Source of the DNA: Gammaproteobacteria bacterium
Lineage (GTDB): Bacteria > Pseudomonadota > Gammaproteobacteria > Eutrophobiales > Eutrophobiaceae
Reading direction: 5' to 3'
Assembly (NCBI GenBank): GCA_965222155.1
Contig: CBDCTH010000012.1
Coordinates: 608,001 to 672,000 of the forward strand
DNA length: 64,000 nucleotides
In this document: positions 27,413 to 39,019 of the stretch, piece after piece
Position numbering within the stretch: position 1 is the stretch's first letter
Layout of the letters: each line of letters opens with the position of its first letter
Notes under the pieces: model-generated
What the model was told of the DNA's origin: nothing
The model's database searches: none
Seen by the model: the letters and a program-made list of their open reading frames with translations, nothing else
Position numbers and translations under genes: made by a program

Positions 27413-30400
27413 ATGCAAAATTCAAAGAACAAAAACTGGCAGGGACCACCTGCCCAAGGGCTTTATGACCCTGCCATGGAACATGATTCCTGCGGCGTGG
27501 GTTTCGTGGTGGACATCAAAGGGCGCAAGTCCCACAAGATAGTCGAAAATGCCCTGACCATACTGAAAAACCTGCTGCATCGCGGCGCCTGTGGCTGTGA
27601 GGAAAATACGGGTGACGGCGTCGGTCTGCTGATTCAAAAGCCCCATAAGTTTTTTCTGCGCGAATGTAAAAAGTCAGGTTTCACCTTGCCCGCTGCAGAA
27701 AATTATGGCGCCGGGCTGGTATTCCTGCCGCGGGATCCTGCCCAGTCTGAGGAGTGCAGGCAGGTCTTTGAACGTATCATTGCTGAAGAAGGCCAGACCG
27801 TGCTGGGCTGGCGCGACGTACCTACCGATGATTCCCTGCTGGGTCCTACTGCCCTGGAGGGCGAGCCGACCTTCAGGCAGATATTCATCGGGCGCGCTGA
27901 ATCCGTCCCCGACGCGGCGGCCTTTGAAAGAAAACTGTACGTGATACGCAAGCGGGTGGAACATGCCATCTGGAATTCGGAGTTGGAGCAGCAGGACCTG
28001 TTCTATATCCCGTCCCTGTCCCATCGCACCTTCGTCTACAAAGGCATGTTGACCGGTTCCCAGTTTGAGCCCATGTTTCCGGACATCACCGACCCGGACA
28101 TCGAATCCGCCCTGGCCCTGGTGCACCAGCGCTTTTCCACCAATACCTTTCCATCCTGGCGTCTGGCCCACCCGTTCCGCTACCTGTGCCACAACGGTGA
28201 GATCAATACCGTGCGCGGCAACACCAACTGGATGCACGCCCGGGAGGCGCTGTGTGATTCAGGATTGTTCGGATCGGACCTGGAGAAAATTTTTCCGGTC
28301 GTCATCGAAGGCGGCAGCGACTCCGCCGTGTTCGACAACGTCATGGAATTTCTGCACATGACCGGGCGGCCCCTGGCCCATGCCATGCTGATGATGATCC
28401 CGGAGGCCTGGAGCGGCCATGAGACCATGGACGAGGAGCGCAAGGCATTTTACGAATATCACGCCTGTTTGATGGAGCCCTGGGACGGGCCGGCTTCCAT
28501 CGCGTTTACCGACGGTGAGGTCATCGGCGCGGTACTGGACCGGAACGGCCTGCGTCCGTCCCGCTATTATGTCACCCATGACGACATGGTGATCATGGCC
28601 TCCGAGGTGGGGGTGCTGGACGTTGCACCGGAAAATGTCAAGCTCAAGGAACGGCTCCATCCCGGACGTATCTTCCTGGTGGATACCCGGGAGGGCCGTA
28701 TCATTGACGATAGTGAGTTAAAGCAGCGCTATATCGATGAGCAACCTTATGGACAGTGGCTGAAGGAAAACCTGATCCCCCTGGAAAACCTGCCCAACCC
28801 GAAAAACATCCACGGCACCGACCCCGATACCCTGTTGCAACGCCAGCAGGTGTTCGGTTATACCCATGAAGAATTACGCGTCCTGGTTGCGCCCATGGCG
28901 AGCAAGGGGGAAGAGCCCATCGGTTCGATGGGAACGGATGCAGCCCTGGCCGTGCTGTCAAACCGGCCGCGCCTGTTATATGATTATTTCAAGCAGTTAT
29001 TCGCTCAGGTCACCAATCCGCCCCTGGATGGTATCCGCGAGGAACTGGTCACCCAGGTCTCCGCGACCATAGGGCCGGAAGCCAACCTGCTGAACCCGGG
29101 TCCTGAGAGTTGCAAGCGCATTCGCATCCCCTCACCTGTGCTGACCAATGCCGAACTGGCCCGAATCCGCGATATGAATCTGCCCGGGTTCAGGACCAGA
29201 ACCATCCCCATCCTGTACCCGGTCGCCGCGGGCGGGCAGGGGTTGGACCAGGCCCTGAGGGAGGTTTGCCATCAGGTAGACCAGGCCATTGAAGAGGGCT
29301 ACAGCTATATTATCCTGTCGGATCGGGGCGTTGATGCTGAACTGGCGCCCATCCCGGCGCTACTGGCCGGCGCCGGTGTTCACCACCACCTGGTCCGTAA
29401 CGGCAACCGTACCCGGGTGGGTTTGGTGCTGGAATCAGGCGAACCCCGGGAAGTCCATCATTTCGCGGTCCTGGTCGGTTACGGGATCGAAGCGATCAAC
29501 CCCTACCTGGTCTTCGAGAGTATCGGCGGCCTGATTGGCGAGGGCTTTGTGCCGGAGATGCAGTTCGACAAGGCGGTGGCCCTGTTCATCAAAGCCGTCA
29601 ACAAGGGGCTGGTCAAGACCATGTCCAAGATGGGCATCTCCACGGTGCAGTCTTACCGCGGCGCCCAGATTTTCGAGGCCATCGGCTTGGACAAGGATTT
29701 TGTGGATCATTATTTTACCTGGACCGCATCGCGCATCGGCGGGATAGGGCTGGACGTGGTCGCCGTAGAAAACAGTCTGCGCCACCACAACGGGTTTCCG
29801 GCCAGGCTGGTCAAACAGCCGGACCTGGAATGGGGCGGTGAATACCAATGGCGCCGGGACGGTGAATACCACCTGTTCAACCCGGAAACCGTGTTCAAAT
29901 TACAGCATTCCACGCGTACCGGGCAATACGGCATCTTCAGGGAATACACCAGGCGGGTTGATGATCAAAGCCACAACATGGCCACCCTGCGGGGATTGAT
30001 GCAGTTCAAGCCGACAGCCGAGTCCATACCTCTTGAGGAAGTGGAACCCGCAGAGAACATCATGAAACGCTTCTCCACCGGCGCCATGTCCTACGGTTCC
30101 ATCAGCAAGGAAGCCCACGAGACGCTGGCTATCGCCATGAACCGTATCGGCGGCAAGTCCAATACCGGCGAGGGAGGTGAAGACTCCGCTCGTTACACGC
30201 CGGACGAGAATGGCGACTTTCGGCGTAGCGCCATTAAGCAGGTGGCCTCCGGCCGCTTCGGCGTGACCAGTGAATACCTGGTGAATGCCGATGACCTGCA
30301 GATCAAGATGGCGCAGGGGGCAAAACCGGGCGAAGGTGGGCAATTGCCGGGACCCAAGGTCTACCCGTGGATCGCCGAGGTTCGGCATTCCACCCCCTGG

Positions 30401-31993
30401 GTAGGCTTGATCTCGCCGCCGCCGCACCATGACATCTATTCTATCGAAGACCTGGCCCAACTGATCCACGATCTCAAGAATTCCAACCCGGAAGCGCGCG
30501 TACACGTGAAACTGGTGGCGGAAGTGGGCGTGGGTACGGTCGCCGCGGGGGTATCCAAAGCCCATTCCGACGTGGTCCTGATCTCGGGCTATGACGGCGG
30601 CACTGGCGCCTCCCCCGTCAGTTCCCTGAAACATGCCGGGTTGCCCTGGGAGCTGGGTCTGGCCGAGACGCAACAGGTGCTGGTGCAGAACAAGCTGCGC
30701 GACCGTATCGTGGTGCAGACGGATGGCCAGTTGAAAACCGGGCGCGACGTGGTTATCGCGGCGTTGCTGGGCGCGGAGGAATTCGGTTTCTCCACGGCCC
30801 CCCTGGTCGTCAGTGGTTGCATCATGATGCGCGTATGCCACCTGAATACCTGTCCCGTAGGGGTGGCGACACAGGACAAGCGCCTGCGTGAGAAATTCAC
30901 CGGCAAGCCCGAGTTCGTCGAAAACTTTTTCCGGTTTATCGCCGAGGAAATGCGGGAGATGATGGCGCAACTGGGTTTCAGGACAGTGGAACAGATGGTG
31001 GGCCGCAGTGACTGCCTGGATATGAACAAAGCGGTGGATCACTGGAAGGCAAATGGCCTGGACTTCTCCAATATCCTGTATAAACCGGAAATGGGTCCCG
31101 AGGTGGGTCTGTTTCAGTCGCGGGAGCAGGACCACGGCCTGGAACGGTCGCTGGACGTGACCACGCTGGTCCCATTGTGTAAACATACGCTGGAAACGCA
31201 GGAGCCGGTAGATATCATCCTGCCCATCAGGAATACGAATCGCACCACGGGCACTATCCTGGGTTACGAGATCACCAAACGCTATGGCGCCGCGGGTTTG
31301 CCCGCAGATACGATACGGGTACATTTCAACGGCTCTGCCGGAATGAGTTTCGGCGCTTTTGTCCCGAACGGCGTTACTCTCACCCTTGAAGGGGATGCCA
31401 ACGACTACCTGGGCAAAGGTTTGTCCGGTGGCAAGGTCATCGTCTACCCGCCGCGGGCCTCGACGTTCGTGCCGGAACAAAACATCCTTATCGGCAATGT
31501 CGCCCTGTATGGCGCAACCTCCGGTGAAGGCTATTTCAGGGGTATTGCCGGTGAACGTTTCTGTGTCAGGAACAGCGGCGTCCATGCGGTGGTGGAAGGT
31601 GTGGGTGACCACGGCTGTGAATACATGACCGGCGGCCGGGTGGTTATTATCGGCAAGACCGGCCGGAACTTTGCCGCGGGCATGTCCGGCGGTATCGCCT
31701 ACGTGCTGAATGAGGATAACGATTTTCACATTCGCTGTAACCGCCAGATGGTGCACCTGGAGGACGTAGAGGAGAAAGAAGACGTTGAAATGATCAAACG
31801 CCTGCTGACCCGGCACGTCCAGTATACCCAGAGCAGCGTGGGGCGGCGTATCCTGCAGAACTGGCGGGCTTACCAGAGTCGCTTTGTCAAGGTCATGCCC
31901 AGGGATTACAAGATCGTGCTGGAAGCCATCAGGAAAGGCCGGGAAAAAGGCTTGTCGATCGAGGCGGCCATCATGGAGGCGGCGCATGGGTAA
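27413..31993 (+). CDS. gltB: Glutamate synthase large subunit
   Basis: [41 protein letters not shown] and [13 protein letters not shown] motifs. Confidence 0.98.
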   Translation: MQNSKNKNWQGPPAQGLYDPAMEHDSCGVGFVVDIKGRKSHKIVENALTILKNLLHRGACGCEENTGDGVGLLIQKPHKFFLRECKKSGFTLPAAENYGAGLVFLPRDPAQSEECRQVFERIIAEEGQTVLGWRDVPTDDSLLGPTALEGEPTFRQIFIGRAESVPDAAAFERKLYVIRKRVEHAIWNSELEQQDLFYIPSLSHRTFVYKGMLTGSQFEPMFPDITDPDIESALALVHQRFSTNTFPSWRLAHPFRYLCHNGEINTVRGNTNWMHAREALCDSGLFGSDLEKIFPVVIEGGSDSAVFDNVMEFLHMTGRPLAHAMLMMIPEAWSGHETMDEERKAFYEYHACLMEPWDGPASIAFTDGEVIGAVLDRNGLRPSRYYVTHDDMVIMASEVGVLDVAPENVKLKERLHPGRIFLVDTREGRIIDDSELKQRYIDEQPYGQWLKENLIPLENLPNPKNIHGTDPDTLLQRQQVFGYTHEELRVLVAPMASKGEEPIGSMGTDAALAVLSNRPRLLYDYFKQLFAQVTNPPLDGIREELVTQVSATIGPEANLLNPGPESCKRIRIPSPVLTNAELARIRDMNLPGFRTRTIPILYPVAAGGQGLDQALREVCHQVDQAIEEGYSYIILSDRGVDAELAPIPALLAGAGVHHHLVRNGNRTRVGLVLESGEPREVHHFAVLVGYGIEAINPYLVFESIGGLIGEGFVPEMQFDKAVALFIKAVNKGLVKTMSKMGISTVQSYRGAQIFEAIGLDKDFVDHYFTWTASRIGGIGLDVVAVENSLRHHNGFPARLVKQPDLEWGGEYQWRRDGEYHLFNPETVFKLQHSTRTGQYGIFREYTRRVDDQSHNMATLRGLMQFKPTAESIPLEEVEPAENIMKRFSTGAMSYGSISKEAHETLAIAMNRIGGKSNTGEGGEDSARYTPDENGDFRRSAIKQVASGRFGVTSEYLVNADDLQIKMAQGAKPGEGGQLPGPKVYPWIAEVRHSTPWVGLISPPPHHDIYSIEDLAQLIHDLKNSNPEARVHVKLVAEVGVGTVAAGVSKAHSDVVLISGYDGGTGASPVSSLKHAGLPWELGLAETQQVLVQNKLRDRIVVQTDGQLKTGRDVVIAALLGAEEFGFSTAPLVVSGCIMMRVCHLNTCPVGVATQDKRLREKFTGKPEFVENFFRFIAEEMREMMAQLGFRTVEQMVGRSDCLDMNKAVDHWKANGLDFSNILYKPEMGPEVGLFQSREQDHGLERSLDVTTLVPLCKHTLETQEPVDIILPIRNTNRTTGTILGYEITKRYGAAGLPADTIRVHFNGSAGMSFGAFVPNGVTLTLEGDANDYLGKGLSGGKVIVYPPRASTFVPEQNILIGNVALYGATSGEGYFRGIAGERFCVRNSGVHAVVEGVGDHGCEYMTGGRVVIIGKTGRNFAAGMSGGIAYVLNEDNDFHIRCNRQMVHLEDVEEKEDVEMIKRLLTRHVQYTQSSVGRRILQNWRAYQSRFVKVMPRDYKIVLEAIRKGREKGLSIEAAIMEAAHG

Positions 31994-33434
31994 GATTACC
32001 GGATTTATGGAGTTCGAACGGGAAAAACAACCGTACCGCCCCGTTGCAGAAAGGCTGGCTGACTGGGGCCAGGTCATGGTGCCCTGGCCGGTTGAACCCT
32101 TGAAGGCCCAGGCATCCCGCTGCATGGACTGCGGCATACCGTTTTGTCACCAGGGTTGTCCCCTGGGTAACCTGATCCCGGACTGGAATGACCTGGTCTA
32201 CCGGGACCAGTGGCTGGAGGCTATCCAGCGCCTGCATGCCACCAATAATTTCCCGGAATTTACCGGTACTCTGTGTCCGGCGCCCTGTGAGGGATCCTGC
32301 GTATTGGGGATTAACGACGATCCGGTGACCATTAAGGCGGTGGAACTCTCCATCATCGACAAGGCCTGGGAAAATGGCTGGATCAAGCCGCAACCGGCGC
32401 CACAGAAAACCGCTAAGCGGGTGGCCGTCGTCGGTTCCGGACCGGCGGGCATGGCTGCCGCCCAGCAACTGGCGCGGGCCGGCCACGAAGTGACCGTGTA
32501 TGAACGCGCTGACCGGATAGGCGGCCTGTTACGCTATGGCATACCGGAATTCAAAATGGAGAAACGGGTACTGGACCGGCGCCTCGAACAAATGCGCCGG
32601 GAGGGCGTGATCTTCAGACCCGCCTGCAACGTCGGCATGGATATTGACGCGCGGGATTTGTGCGAGGAATACGACGCAGTTTTGTTGGCGGGTGGGGCGA
32701 CTGCCTCACGGGATCTGCCAGTTCCCGGCCGGGAACTGGACGGTATCCATCTGGCGATGGATTACCTGCCGTTACAAAACAAACGTTGTGAAGGTGACGA
32801 GATCCCGGCAGAGCAATTCATCAGCGCGCAAGGAAAACACGTTATTATCATCGGCGGGGGTGATACCGGCGCAGACTGCCTGGGTACGGCAAACCGCCAG
32901 GACGCCAAATCCGTTCACCAACTGGAGATCATGCCTAAACCCCCCAATTCCCGGGCATCGGACAACCCGTGGCCGGAGTGGCCGCGTATTTACCGGGTTG
33001 CCTCGGCCCATGAGGAAGGTGTTGAAAGGGTCTACGCAGTTTTAACCAAACGCTTCATCGGCAACGACAAGGGTCAGGTAAAGGAACTGGAACTGGTTGA
33101 AGTGGAAATGCAACATAATGAAGGCCGCCTGAATTTTGTTGAGATACCGGGGTCCAGCTATACACTGCCGTGTGACCTGGTATTGCTCGCCATGGGTTTC
33201 CTTGGACCGGAAAAAGCGGGCCTGTTGGAACAGTTGAACGTCGACCTGACGCAACGGGGCAACGTGAAAAGAGATCGGAACTGGATGACCAGCGTAGATG
33301 GCGTATTTACCGCCGGTGATATGCAGCGGGGACAATCCCTGATTGTCTGGGCCATCGCTGAGGGCCGCTCCGCCGCTCAGGGTATCGACCGGTACCTGAT
33401 GGGCTCATCCGACCTGCCTGCCCCACTCGAATAA
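31986..33434 (+). CDS. gltD: Glutamate synthase small subunit
   Basis: [25 protein letters not shown] and [14 protein letters not shown] motifs; overlaps the gltB stop. Confidence 0.98.
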   Translation: MGKITGFMEFEREKQPYRPVAERLADWGQVMVPWPVEPLKAQASRCMDCGIPFCHQGCPLGNLIPDWNDLVYRDQWLEAIQRLHATNNFPEFTGTLCPAPCEGSCVLGINDDPVTIKAVELSIIDKAWENGWIKPQPAPQKTAKRVAVVGSGPAGMAAAQQLARAGHEVTVYERADRIGGLLRYGIPEFKMEKRVLDRRLEQMRREGVIFRPACNVGMDIDARDLCEEYDAVLLAGGATASRDLPVPGRELDGIHLAMDYLPLQNKRCEGDEIPAEQFISAQGKHVIIIGGGDTGADCLGTANRQDAKSVHQLEIMPKPPNSRASDNPWPEWPRIYRVASAHEEGVERVYAVLTKRFIGNDKGQVKELELVEVEMQHNEGRLNFVEIPGSSYTLPCDLVLLAMGFLGPEKAGLLEQLNVDLTQRGNVKRDRNWMTSVDGVFTAGDMQRGQSLIVWAIAEGRSAAQGIDRYLMGSSDLPAPLE

Positions 33435-33472
33435 GGTTTTCCAAAATAACGGTATCCGGGACAGGCCACAGC

Positions 33473-34402
33473 ATGTCCGATCTTTCTAAAACTGGAATCA
33501 GCGCCATGGTTCACATCAACAGCCGGGTACCGGAGCGGGCGATGACGGCAGAGATTCTCGGTACGGAGCGGAGCGGTCACGGTATCCGTATACGTGCAGA
33601 CGGTCTGATTGCGACCGTAGGCTACCTGGTGCTGGAAGCCGAACAAATCTGGATCAGGTCCCATCAGGATCAGGGTACGCTTGCCTATATCGTAGCTCAG
33701 GATTATGATTCCGGCATCACCTTGTTGAAACCGGCTCTCCCGCTGGAGGGCAACCATCTCACGCCGGGTTCCAGCAAGGAATTATCCCTGAACGAATCTT
33801 TGCACATATACCGTAGCGGTCATGAGGATGTGTTTCCATGTCGGCTGTTTGCCATGCAGGAATTTGCCGGGCGCTGGGAGTACTTACTGGATTATGCCCT
33901 GTTTACCTCACCCGGCTGTAATGACTGGGCCGGTGCGGCATTAGTGGACCGGTATGGACGGCTTTGCGGCGTGGGTTCGTTACTGATGGAACTTCCCAGT
34001 GATACCGATGAGGAACTGCTGGGTAATATGTTTATCCCCATGGACCTGGTAACACCTTTCCTGGACGAGATGTGTGAATACGGCCAGCGTCGCGTGCCGC
34101 CAAAACCCTGGCTGGGCGCATTGATACAGGAATATGAAGGTAAACTGGTGGTAACGGGCGTGTACCCGAACTGTCCCGCCGACCTGGCGGGGATCAAACC
34201 GGGCGATGTTGTGCTGTCCGTGGATGACGAACCTGCATACGATCTCTCCGGTATATATCGCAAGGTATGGAGCCTGGGCAGCGCCGGCGTAGAAGTTCCG
34301 CTGCTTGTCTCTTCAGCGGGAAGTTTGCGCCATTGCAGGCTGGAATCAATTGATCGTTCCGTATTCTATCGGGCAGTTGCTACGGCAGGACAGGTAAACT
34401 GA
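33473..34402 (+). CDS. S1C (HtrA-like) trypsin-fold protein with PDZ domain; canonical catalytic motifs altered
   Basis: RSGHG, IATVGYLV, WAGAALVD..GRLCGV, PWLG and PADLAGIKPGDV. Confidence 0.82.
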   Translation: MSDLSKTGISAMVHINSRVPERAMTAEILGTERSGHGIRIRADGLIATVGYLVLEAEQIWIRSHQDQGTLAYIVAQDYDSGITLLKPALPLEGNHLTPGSSKELSLNESLHIYRSGHEDVFPCRLFAMQEFAGRWEYLLDYALFTSPGCNDWAGAALVDRYGRLCGVGSLLMELPSDTDEELLGNMFIPMDLVTPFLDEMCEYGQRRVPPKPWLGALIQEYEGKLVVTGVYPNCPADLAGIKPGDVVLSVDDEPAYDLSGIYRKVWSLGSAGVEVPLLVSSAGSLRHCRLESIDRSVFYRAVATAGQVN

Positions 34403-34510
34403 GATACTGTTGGAGGCAAATCCTTCTGGTAATAACAATTTACTATAGTATACTTAGCCAGTTTGATATACTAATTAGGCGCAATTTAGAAAAACAGTGA
34501 GGAGCAAGAC

Positions 34511-34735
34511 ATGCGACATCTTACATTAGTGGTATTTCTGACATTGATTATGGGCTTTGCCGGATGCGGTGATATGGCTGACACAGGGGGTGAGGCTGAT
34601 GCAGGTGACGGTGCTGTGGAGGAGATGACCATGGATGAAGGGGCTGCTGGAGAGGCTGCCATGGAGGAAGGTTCCGGCGATAGCGATACGCCACAGTGGC
34701 AAGTGCTGGAGCAGAACGTAGTACACTCCGAGTAG
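34511..34735 (+). CDS. Small acidic putative lipoprotein
   Basis: GAGGAG RBS, hydrophobic leader with FAGC lipobox, D/E/G-rich body and a downstream hairpin. Confidence 0.65.
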   Translation: MRHLTLVVFLTLIMGFAGCGDMADTGGEADAGDGAVEEMTMDEGAAGEAAMEEGSGDSDTPQWQVLEQNVVHSE

Positions 34736-34747
34736 TAGAGTTTTGTT

Positions 34748-34780
34748 GCGGGAGGGCGGTAATCTATACCACCCTCCCGT
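34748..34780 (+). terminator. GC-rich hairpin, probable terminator
   Basis: GCGGGAGGGCGGTA / TACCACCCTCCCGT stem just after the lipoprotein stop; the U-tract is weak. Confidence 0.5.
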
Positions 34781-34957
34781 ACAATAATCGCTTTATTTAT
34801 CCTTGAACCGGCCGGGCTCATGGGCAGTTGCCTGGGTGATGTTTAGCCCCTGCCTTTGGTAGACTGTTACAGGTAATCCTGTTCAATACCGGATTTCTCC
34901 TGATTTTGTCCAGGGAGCTTTCCTGTTAATCAATTCATCGCGTTGCAGGAGAAAACA

Positions 34958-35359
34958 GTGGCCAGTGAAATTCCTGAAACTCATAAAGACCTGCTGACAG
35001 GTCCTGTCTATGTACAACTGGCGTCACACATGCCTGACGGATCGATCCAGCTACATCCTGTCTGGTGTGGTTATGACGGTATTCATGTTCTTATCAATTC
35101 CGCAAAAGGACGTGTGAAAGACAAAAACATGCGCGCCAATCCAAATGTTACAGTACTTGCTGTCGACCCTGAAAATCCTTTTCGTTGGCTTGAAGTACGC
35201 GGGAAAGTCGTTGATATCAACGAAGAAGGTGCAGACGAGCATATCGACCAGTTATCGGAGTTATATTTGCAACAGAAACCTTACCCATTTCGGGAAGCCG
35301 GCGAGGTCCGGGTTATATACCGGATCGAACCGGAGCGCGTTATTGCCTTTTCCTCTTAG
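34958..35359 (+). CDS. PPOX-class (F420-dependent-type) oxidoreductase
   Basis: LASHMPDGS..PVW..GRVKDKNMRANPNV..DPENPFRWLEVRG..HIDQLS. Confidence 0.88.
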   Translation: MASEIPETHKDLLTGPVYVQLASHMPDGSIQLHPVWCGYDGIHVLINSAKGRVKDKNMRANPNVTVLAVDPENPFRWLEVRGKVVDINEEGADEHIDQLSELYLQQKPYPFREAGEVRVIYRIEPERVIAFSS

Positions 35360-35384
35360 CGCTCAATCAGTTCAATCAGGTTAA

Positions 35385-36197
35385 ATGCGAGATCACGTCA
35401 GCGCTTCAATTCGCTACACCGTTAATACTGGAGAGAAACCGGTCAGCCTGTCACGGACTCTGGGCGGCAGGATCGAATACAGGAACTGCACCTTTGCCGA
35501 GCACACGGTCAAAATCCACAACGGCCGCAATGAAGCCGATGCGTTCGTTTTTGACCAGCACGGTTTCGTGTTTGTAGACCATGCTACACGGGTGATGGAT
35601 TTTTATGAGAGGGACGAAGTGGAAACAGTCTACTATCCTGAGGCCGAAGCCCTGATCAGGCAAGTGACAGGGGCAACGCGGGTGCATATATTCGATCATA
35701 CCGTGCGCTCAGGAGACGTGGCCCGGCAGGAGATGGGTCTGCGCGAACCGCTGAAGCAGGTTCATAACGACTATACCGACCGATCCGGGCCGCAACGGGT
35801 GCGCGACCTGTTTCCCGAGGAGGCAGAAGATTTATTGCGACACAGGTTTATGATCGTGCAGGTCTGGCGCCCCATCGCGGCTGTGGTGGTCAGCGAACCC
35901 CTGGCGATCTGTGACGCCCGGAGCGTTGCCGAGACAGACCTGATTGCGACGGAGCGCCGGCATCCGAACCGCGTGGGTGAGACCTACACGCTTTCCTATA
36001 ATCCCGGCCATCGCTGGTACTACTTTCCGAAGATGCAACGCGACGAGGCTATCGTTTTCAAGGTCTATGATTCAGCAGTCGATGGCCGCGCACGTTTTAC
36101 GGCCCACAGCTCCTTCAATGACCCCCATACCCCGGAGGATGCGCCGCCCCGGGAAAGCATCGAACTCAGGGCATTGGTGTTTTTCACTGAAATATAA
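35385..36197 (+). CDS. CmcJ/NvfI family oxidoreductase
   Basis: FDHTVR, VHNDYT, QVWRPI, PLAICDA, HRWYYFP, TAHSSF and RESIELR motifs. Confidence 0.88.
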   Translation: MRDHVSASIRYTVNTGEKPVSLSRTLGGRIEYRNCTFAEHTVKIHNGRNEADAFVFDQHGFVFVDHATRVMDFYERDEVETVYYPEAEALIRQVTGATRVHIFDHTVRSGDVARQEMGLREPLKQVHNDYTDRSGPQRVRDLFPEEAEDLLRHRFMIVQVWRPIAAVVVSEPLAICDARSVAETDLIATERRHPNRVGETYTLSYNPGHRWYYFPKMQRDEAIVFKVYDSAVDGRARFTAHSSFNDPHTPEDAPPRESIELRALVFFTEI

Positions 36198-36293
36198 CGA
36201 AACTTTCAGAATGGGGACACAGAATGGGGACAGACCCCTGCTTACGACATGCAGGGGCATGCTTAAATCTGTCCCCTGTCTTGCTGTCTTGAA

Positions 36294-36593
36294 TCACAGT
36301 TTTGCCACCACCGTGGCGTCGTAATAATAAACCTCGGGAGGTTCAGCGAAACATTCGAATAATCCGGGCAGCGTCGCCTGCATGTACTCGCCGTTAAAAT
36401 GATCATCGTGCAGTGTCTTTGTTTCCCATTCTTCAAAGAGAAAATACCTGAGCGCGTCTGCCGGGTCGGGATAAAACGTATAGCGCACTATCCCCGGTTC
36501 GGTCCGGCCCACTTCGACTATTTTTTCCATGATGGATTTGGCCTGCTGCAGGCGCCCTTGTTTGATGGTGAAACTACCGGTTACCAGATACAT
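36294..36593 (-). CDS. Antibiotic biosynthesis monooxygenase (ABM) domain protein
   Basis: RTEPGIVRY..FLFEEWE..HDDH; GGAGG RBS upstream. Confidence 0.85.
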   Translation of the reverse strand: MYLVTGSFTIKQGRLQQAKSIMEKIVEVGRTEPGIVRYTFYPDPADALRYFLFEEWETKTLHDDHFNGEYMQATLPGLFECFAEPPEVYYYDATVVAKL

Positions 36594-36626
36594 GATTTTC
36601 AACCTCCACTTGAGTCATATAAACTA

Positions 36627-37022
36627 TAGCCCGCATATCTCACCAATTGATGCGATGATCGCGCCGGATTTTTTGCGCCAGCGGGTGCCGGAGCCTGCCC
36701 CGTACTTGATACGGGGACCGAAAGCATAGCCGTAGCTATGGTTGGGGGACAAATCGTCAGTCCTGACGATTTGCACGGCGACAGCCGCCCGCAGGGTTGC
36801 GCCCAGAGCCTGCCCCCCTGCTTACAACCGCAGGGGCAAGCTCTGTATGGAGTTGAGCAGGGGGATGGGCGCAATGAACACGTGCCCGCTAGCGCAAAAA
36901 AGACAAGCGAGGGCGCATCAAGCGCAGTCTGTAATGATGATATAATGAGCAGATTACCATAACTTGTTGTCAGCAAACATCTATCCGAAGGCAACAAGCG
37001 AATTGGTGAGATATGCGGGATA
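36627..37022. mobile_element. MITE-like element (family A), composite copy
   Basis: Ends TAGCCCGCATATCTCACCAATT / AATTGGTGAGATATGCGGGATA; core shared with the 21650, 38573, 43249 and 45925 copies. Confidence 0.82.
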
Positions 37023-37052
37023 GTACCAGATCAAAAAGGACAGATTTATTGA

Positions 37053-38570
37053 ATGAATATTGCCATTATCGGTGCCGGCATCAGCGCTATCGCAGCAGCC
37101 GGTATCCTGAACAGGGCCGGTCACAGGACGACCCTGTTTGAGAAATCCGGCCAGGCGGGGGGTGTCTGGGCGGTGGGTTATCCGGGAGTCAGCCTGCAAA
37201 ATACTGCGCACCAATATACGCTGAGTCAATTTCCCTGGCCGTTCAAACCTGCGCTCCATCCAACCGGCGCAGAAATATTGAAGTATCTGGACCTGGCAAT
37301 TGGGGGCCTGGGTCTGGACGTGCGCAAACACACCGAGGTTGTCGGAATGGTTGAAAATACCCGTGACTGGACACTGCAATACCGGGATGAAAGCGGTGTG
37401 CAGGAGCAGGTGTTCGACTATGTGGTATCGGCAATCGGCCAGTATACGGAGGGTAAGCACAAACCGGCATTCCCCGGTCAGGAGACATTCAGGGGCGGGA
37501 TCATCACTGAAAGGGACATTGAATCCCCGGACATGTTCAAGGACAAGCGTACGGTCGTAGTGGGTTTCGGTAAATCCGCTGTCGATATTGTTACCATGGC
37601 AAGTCCTGATTCCGGGCAGGTCTACCACGTGTTTCGCACCCCGCGCTGGATGATCCCGTTAACCTTATTCCGTATCCACTATACCCACGTGCTGTTTTGC
37701 CGTTTGAACACGTTCTTTATGCCCTGCTGGGCACATCCGACAAGGCTCGAACGATTTGTTCACCGGAGACTGGGTTTTCTGGTGGACTCGTTCTGGTTTA
37801 TCATCTCGCGCCTGGTCATCCTGCTCTGCAAGTTGCGCGCAGTATTCAGGGGCCGCGCCGCAAATAAGAGATTGAGTACGCTGATTCCGCGCCACAAATT
37901 CACCAGCGACCTGCGTTCCGCGGCTGCGCTGACTCCAAGGGACTATTTCCGCCTGGTGGCAGATGGGCGTATACAGCCCTGCCATGGGGAAGTATCCCAT
38001 TTCTCCGGGCAAGCCGTATACCTGAAGGACGGCCGTAACATTCCCTGTGACCAGGTGGTTCTGTGCGTCGGGTCGGAAAAACCCACATTCCCGTTCCTGC
38101 CGGATAAATACCGGCGCCTGCTGGAAAGCGAGAACGACGGCGTACAATTGTATCGCCACATACTGCACCCGGATATCCCGCGCTTTGCCTGCGTCGGTTA
38201 TAATCATGGTTTCATGCATGTGCCCGCGGCCGAGATCGGCATGATCTGGCTGTGCGCCTGCCTGAACGGAGATATCCGGTTGCCTTCTCGCGAGGAGATG
38301 ATGAAGTGTATTGACGCAACGCGGGACTGGAAGCGCAGGCATATCAACTTTGAGCCGTCACGCTCCTGCGCCGTCAATACCCGGTTTCAGCAGTACCTGG
38401 ACATCATGCTGCAGGAACTGGGCGTATCACCCTACAGAAAAATGCCAAACCTGTTTGCGGAGATATTTGCACAGTACGGCGCGCAGGATTATCGGCATGT
38501 TTTCGAGGAATACCTGGGTCAGGCCGGGAAACGGAATGCGCCATTACCATCACTACCAATCAACACTTAA
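37053..38570 (+). CDS. Flavin-containing monooxygenase
   Basis: IIGAGISA, GGVW and VVGFGKSA motifs. Confidence 0.9.
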   Translation: MNIAIIGAGISAIAAAGILNRAGHRTTLFEKSGQAGGVWAVGYPGVSLQNTAHQYTLSQFPWPFKPALHPTGAEILKYLDLAIGGLGLDVRKHTEVVGMVENTRDWTLQYRDESGVQEQVFDYVVSAIGQYTEGKHKPAFPGQETFRGGIITERDIESPDMFKDKRTVVVGFGKSAVDIVTMASPDSGQVYHVFRTPRWMIPLTLFRIHYTHVLFCRLNTFFMPCWAHPTRLERFVHRRLGFLVDSFWFIISRLVILLCKLRAVFRGRAANKRLSTLIPRHKFTSDLRSAAALTPRDYFRLVADGRIQPCHGEVSHFSGQAVYLKDGRNIPCDQVVLCVGSEKPTFPFLPDKYRRLLESENDGVQLYRHILHPDIPRFACVGYNHGFMHVPAAEIGMIWLCACLNGDIRLPSREEMMKCIDATRDWKRRHINFEPSRSCAVNTRFQQYLDIMLQELGVSPYRKMPNLFAEIFAQYGAQDYRHVFEEYLGQAGKRNAPLPSLPINT

Positions 38571-38572
38571 TG

Positions 38573-39003
38573 AACCCGGATTTTGCACCAGTGGATGCGC
38601 CCTCGCTTGTCTTTTTGGCGCTGACGGGCACGTGTTCATTGCGCCCATCCCCCTTGCTCAACTCCATACAGGGGCAGGCTCTGGGCGCAACCCTCCGGGC
38701 GGCTGTCGCCGTGCAAATCGTCAGTCCTGACGATTTGTCCCTCAACCAGACAAATCTGCCTGGAGCAGATTTGGACATCCGAAGGATGCCCGCAGGGTGC
38801 GCGCCATGGAGGGCGCACATCAACTACGGCTATGCTTTCGGTCCCCGTATCAAGTACGGGGCAGGCTCCGGCACCCGCTGACGGCAAAAATCTGCCAGGA
38901 GCGGATTTGGACGTCCGCAGGACGCCCGCAGGGTGTGCGCCATGGAAGGCGCACATCTAAAATCCTGCGCGATCATCGCAGCCACTGGTACAATATCCGG
39001 GTT
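38573..39003. mobile_element. MITE-like element (family A), composite copy with internal duplication
   Basis: Ends AACCCGGATTTTGCACCAGTGG / CCACTGGTACAATATCCGGGTT; contains two copies of AAATCTGCC..GGAGC.GATTTGGAC..CCCGCAGGGTG.GCGCCATGGA.GGCGCACAT. Confidence 0.82.
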
Positions 39004-39019
39004 AAGGAGGATAATTATC

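Noticed and set aside
29900-32137. 745-aa antisense ORF and similar long shadow ORFs (9111-10400, 10822-12003, 19818-20813)
   Set aside because: They lie opposite well-supported GC-rich genes and contain no recognisable motifs.
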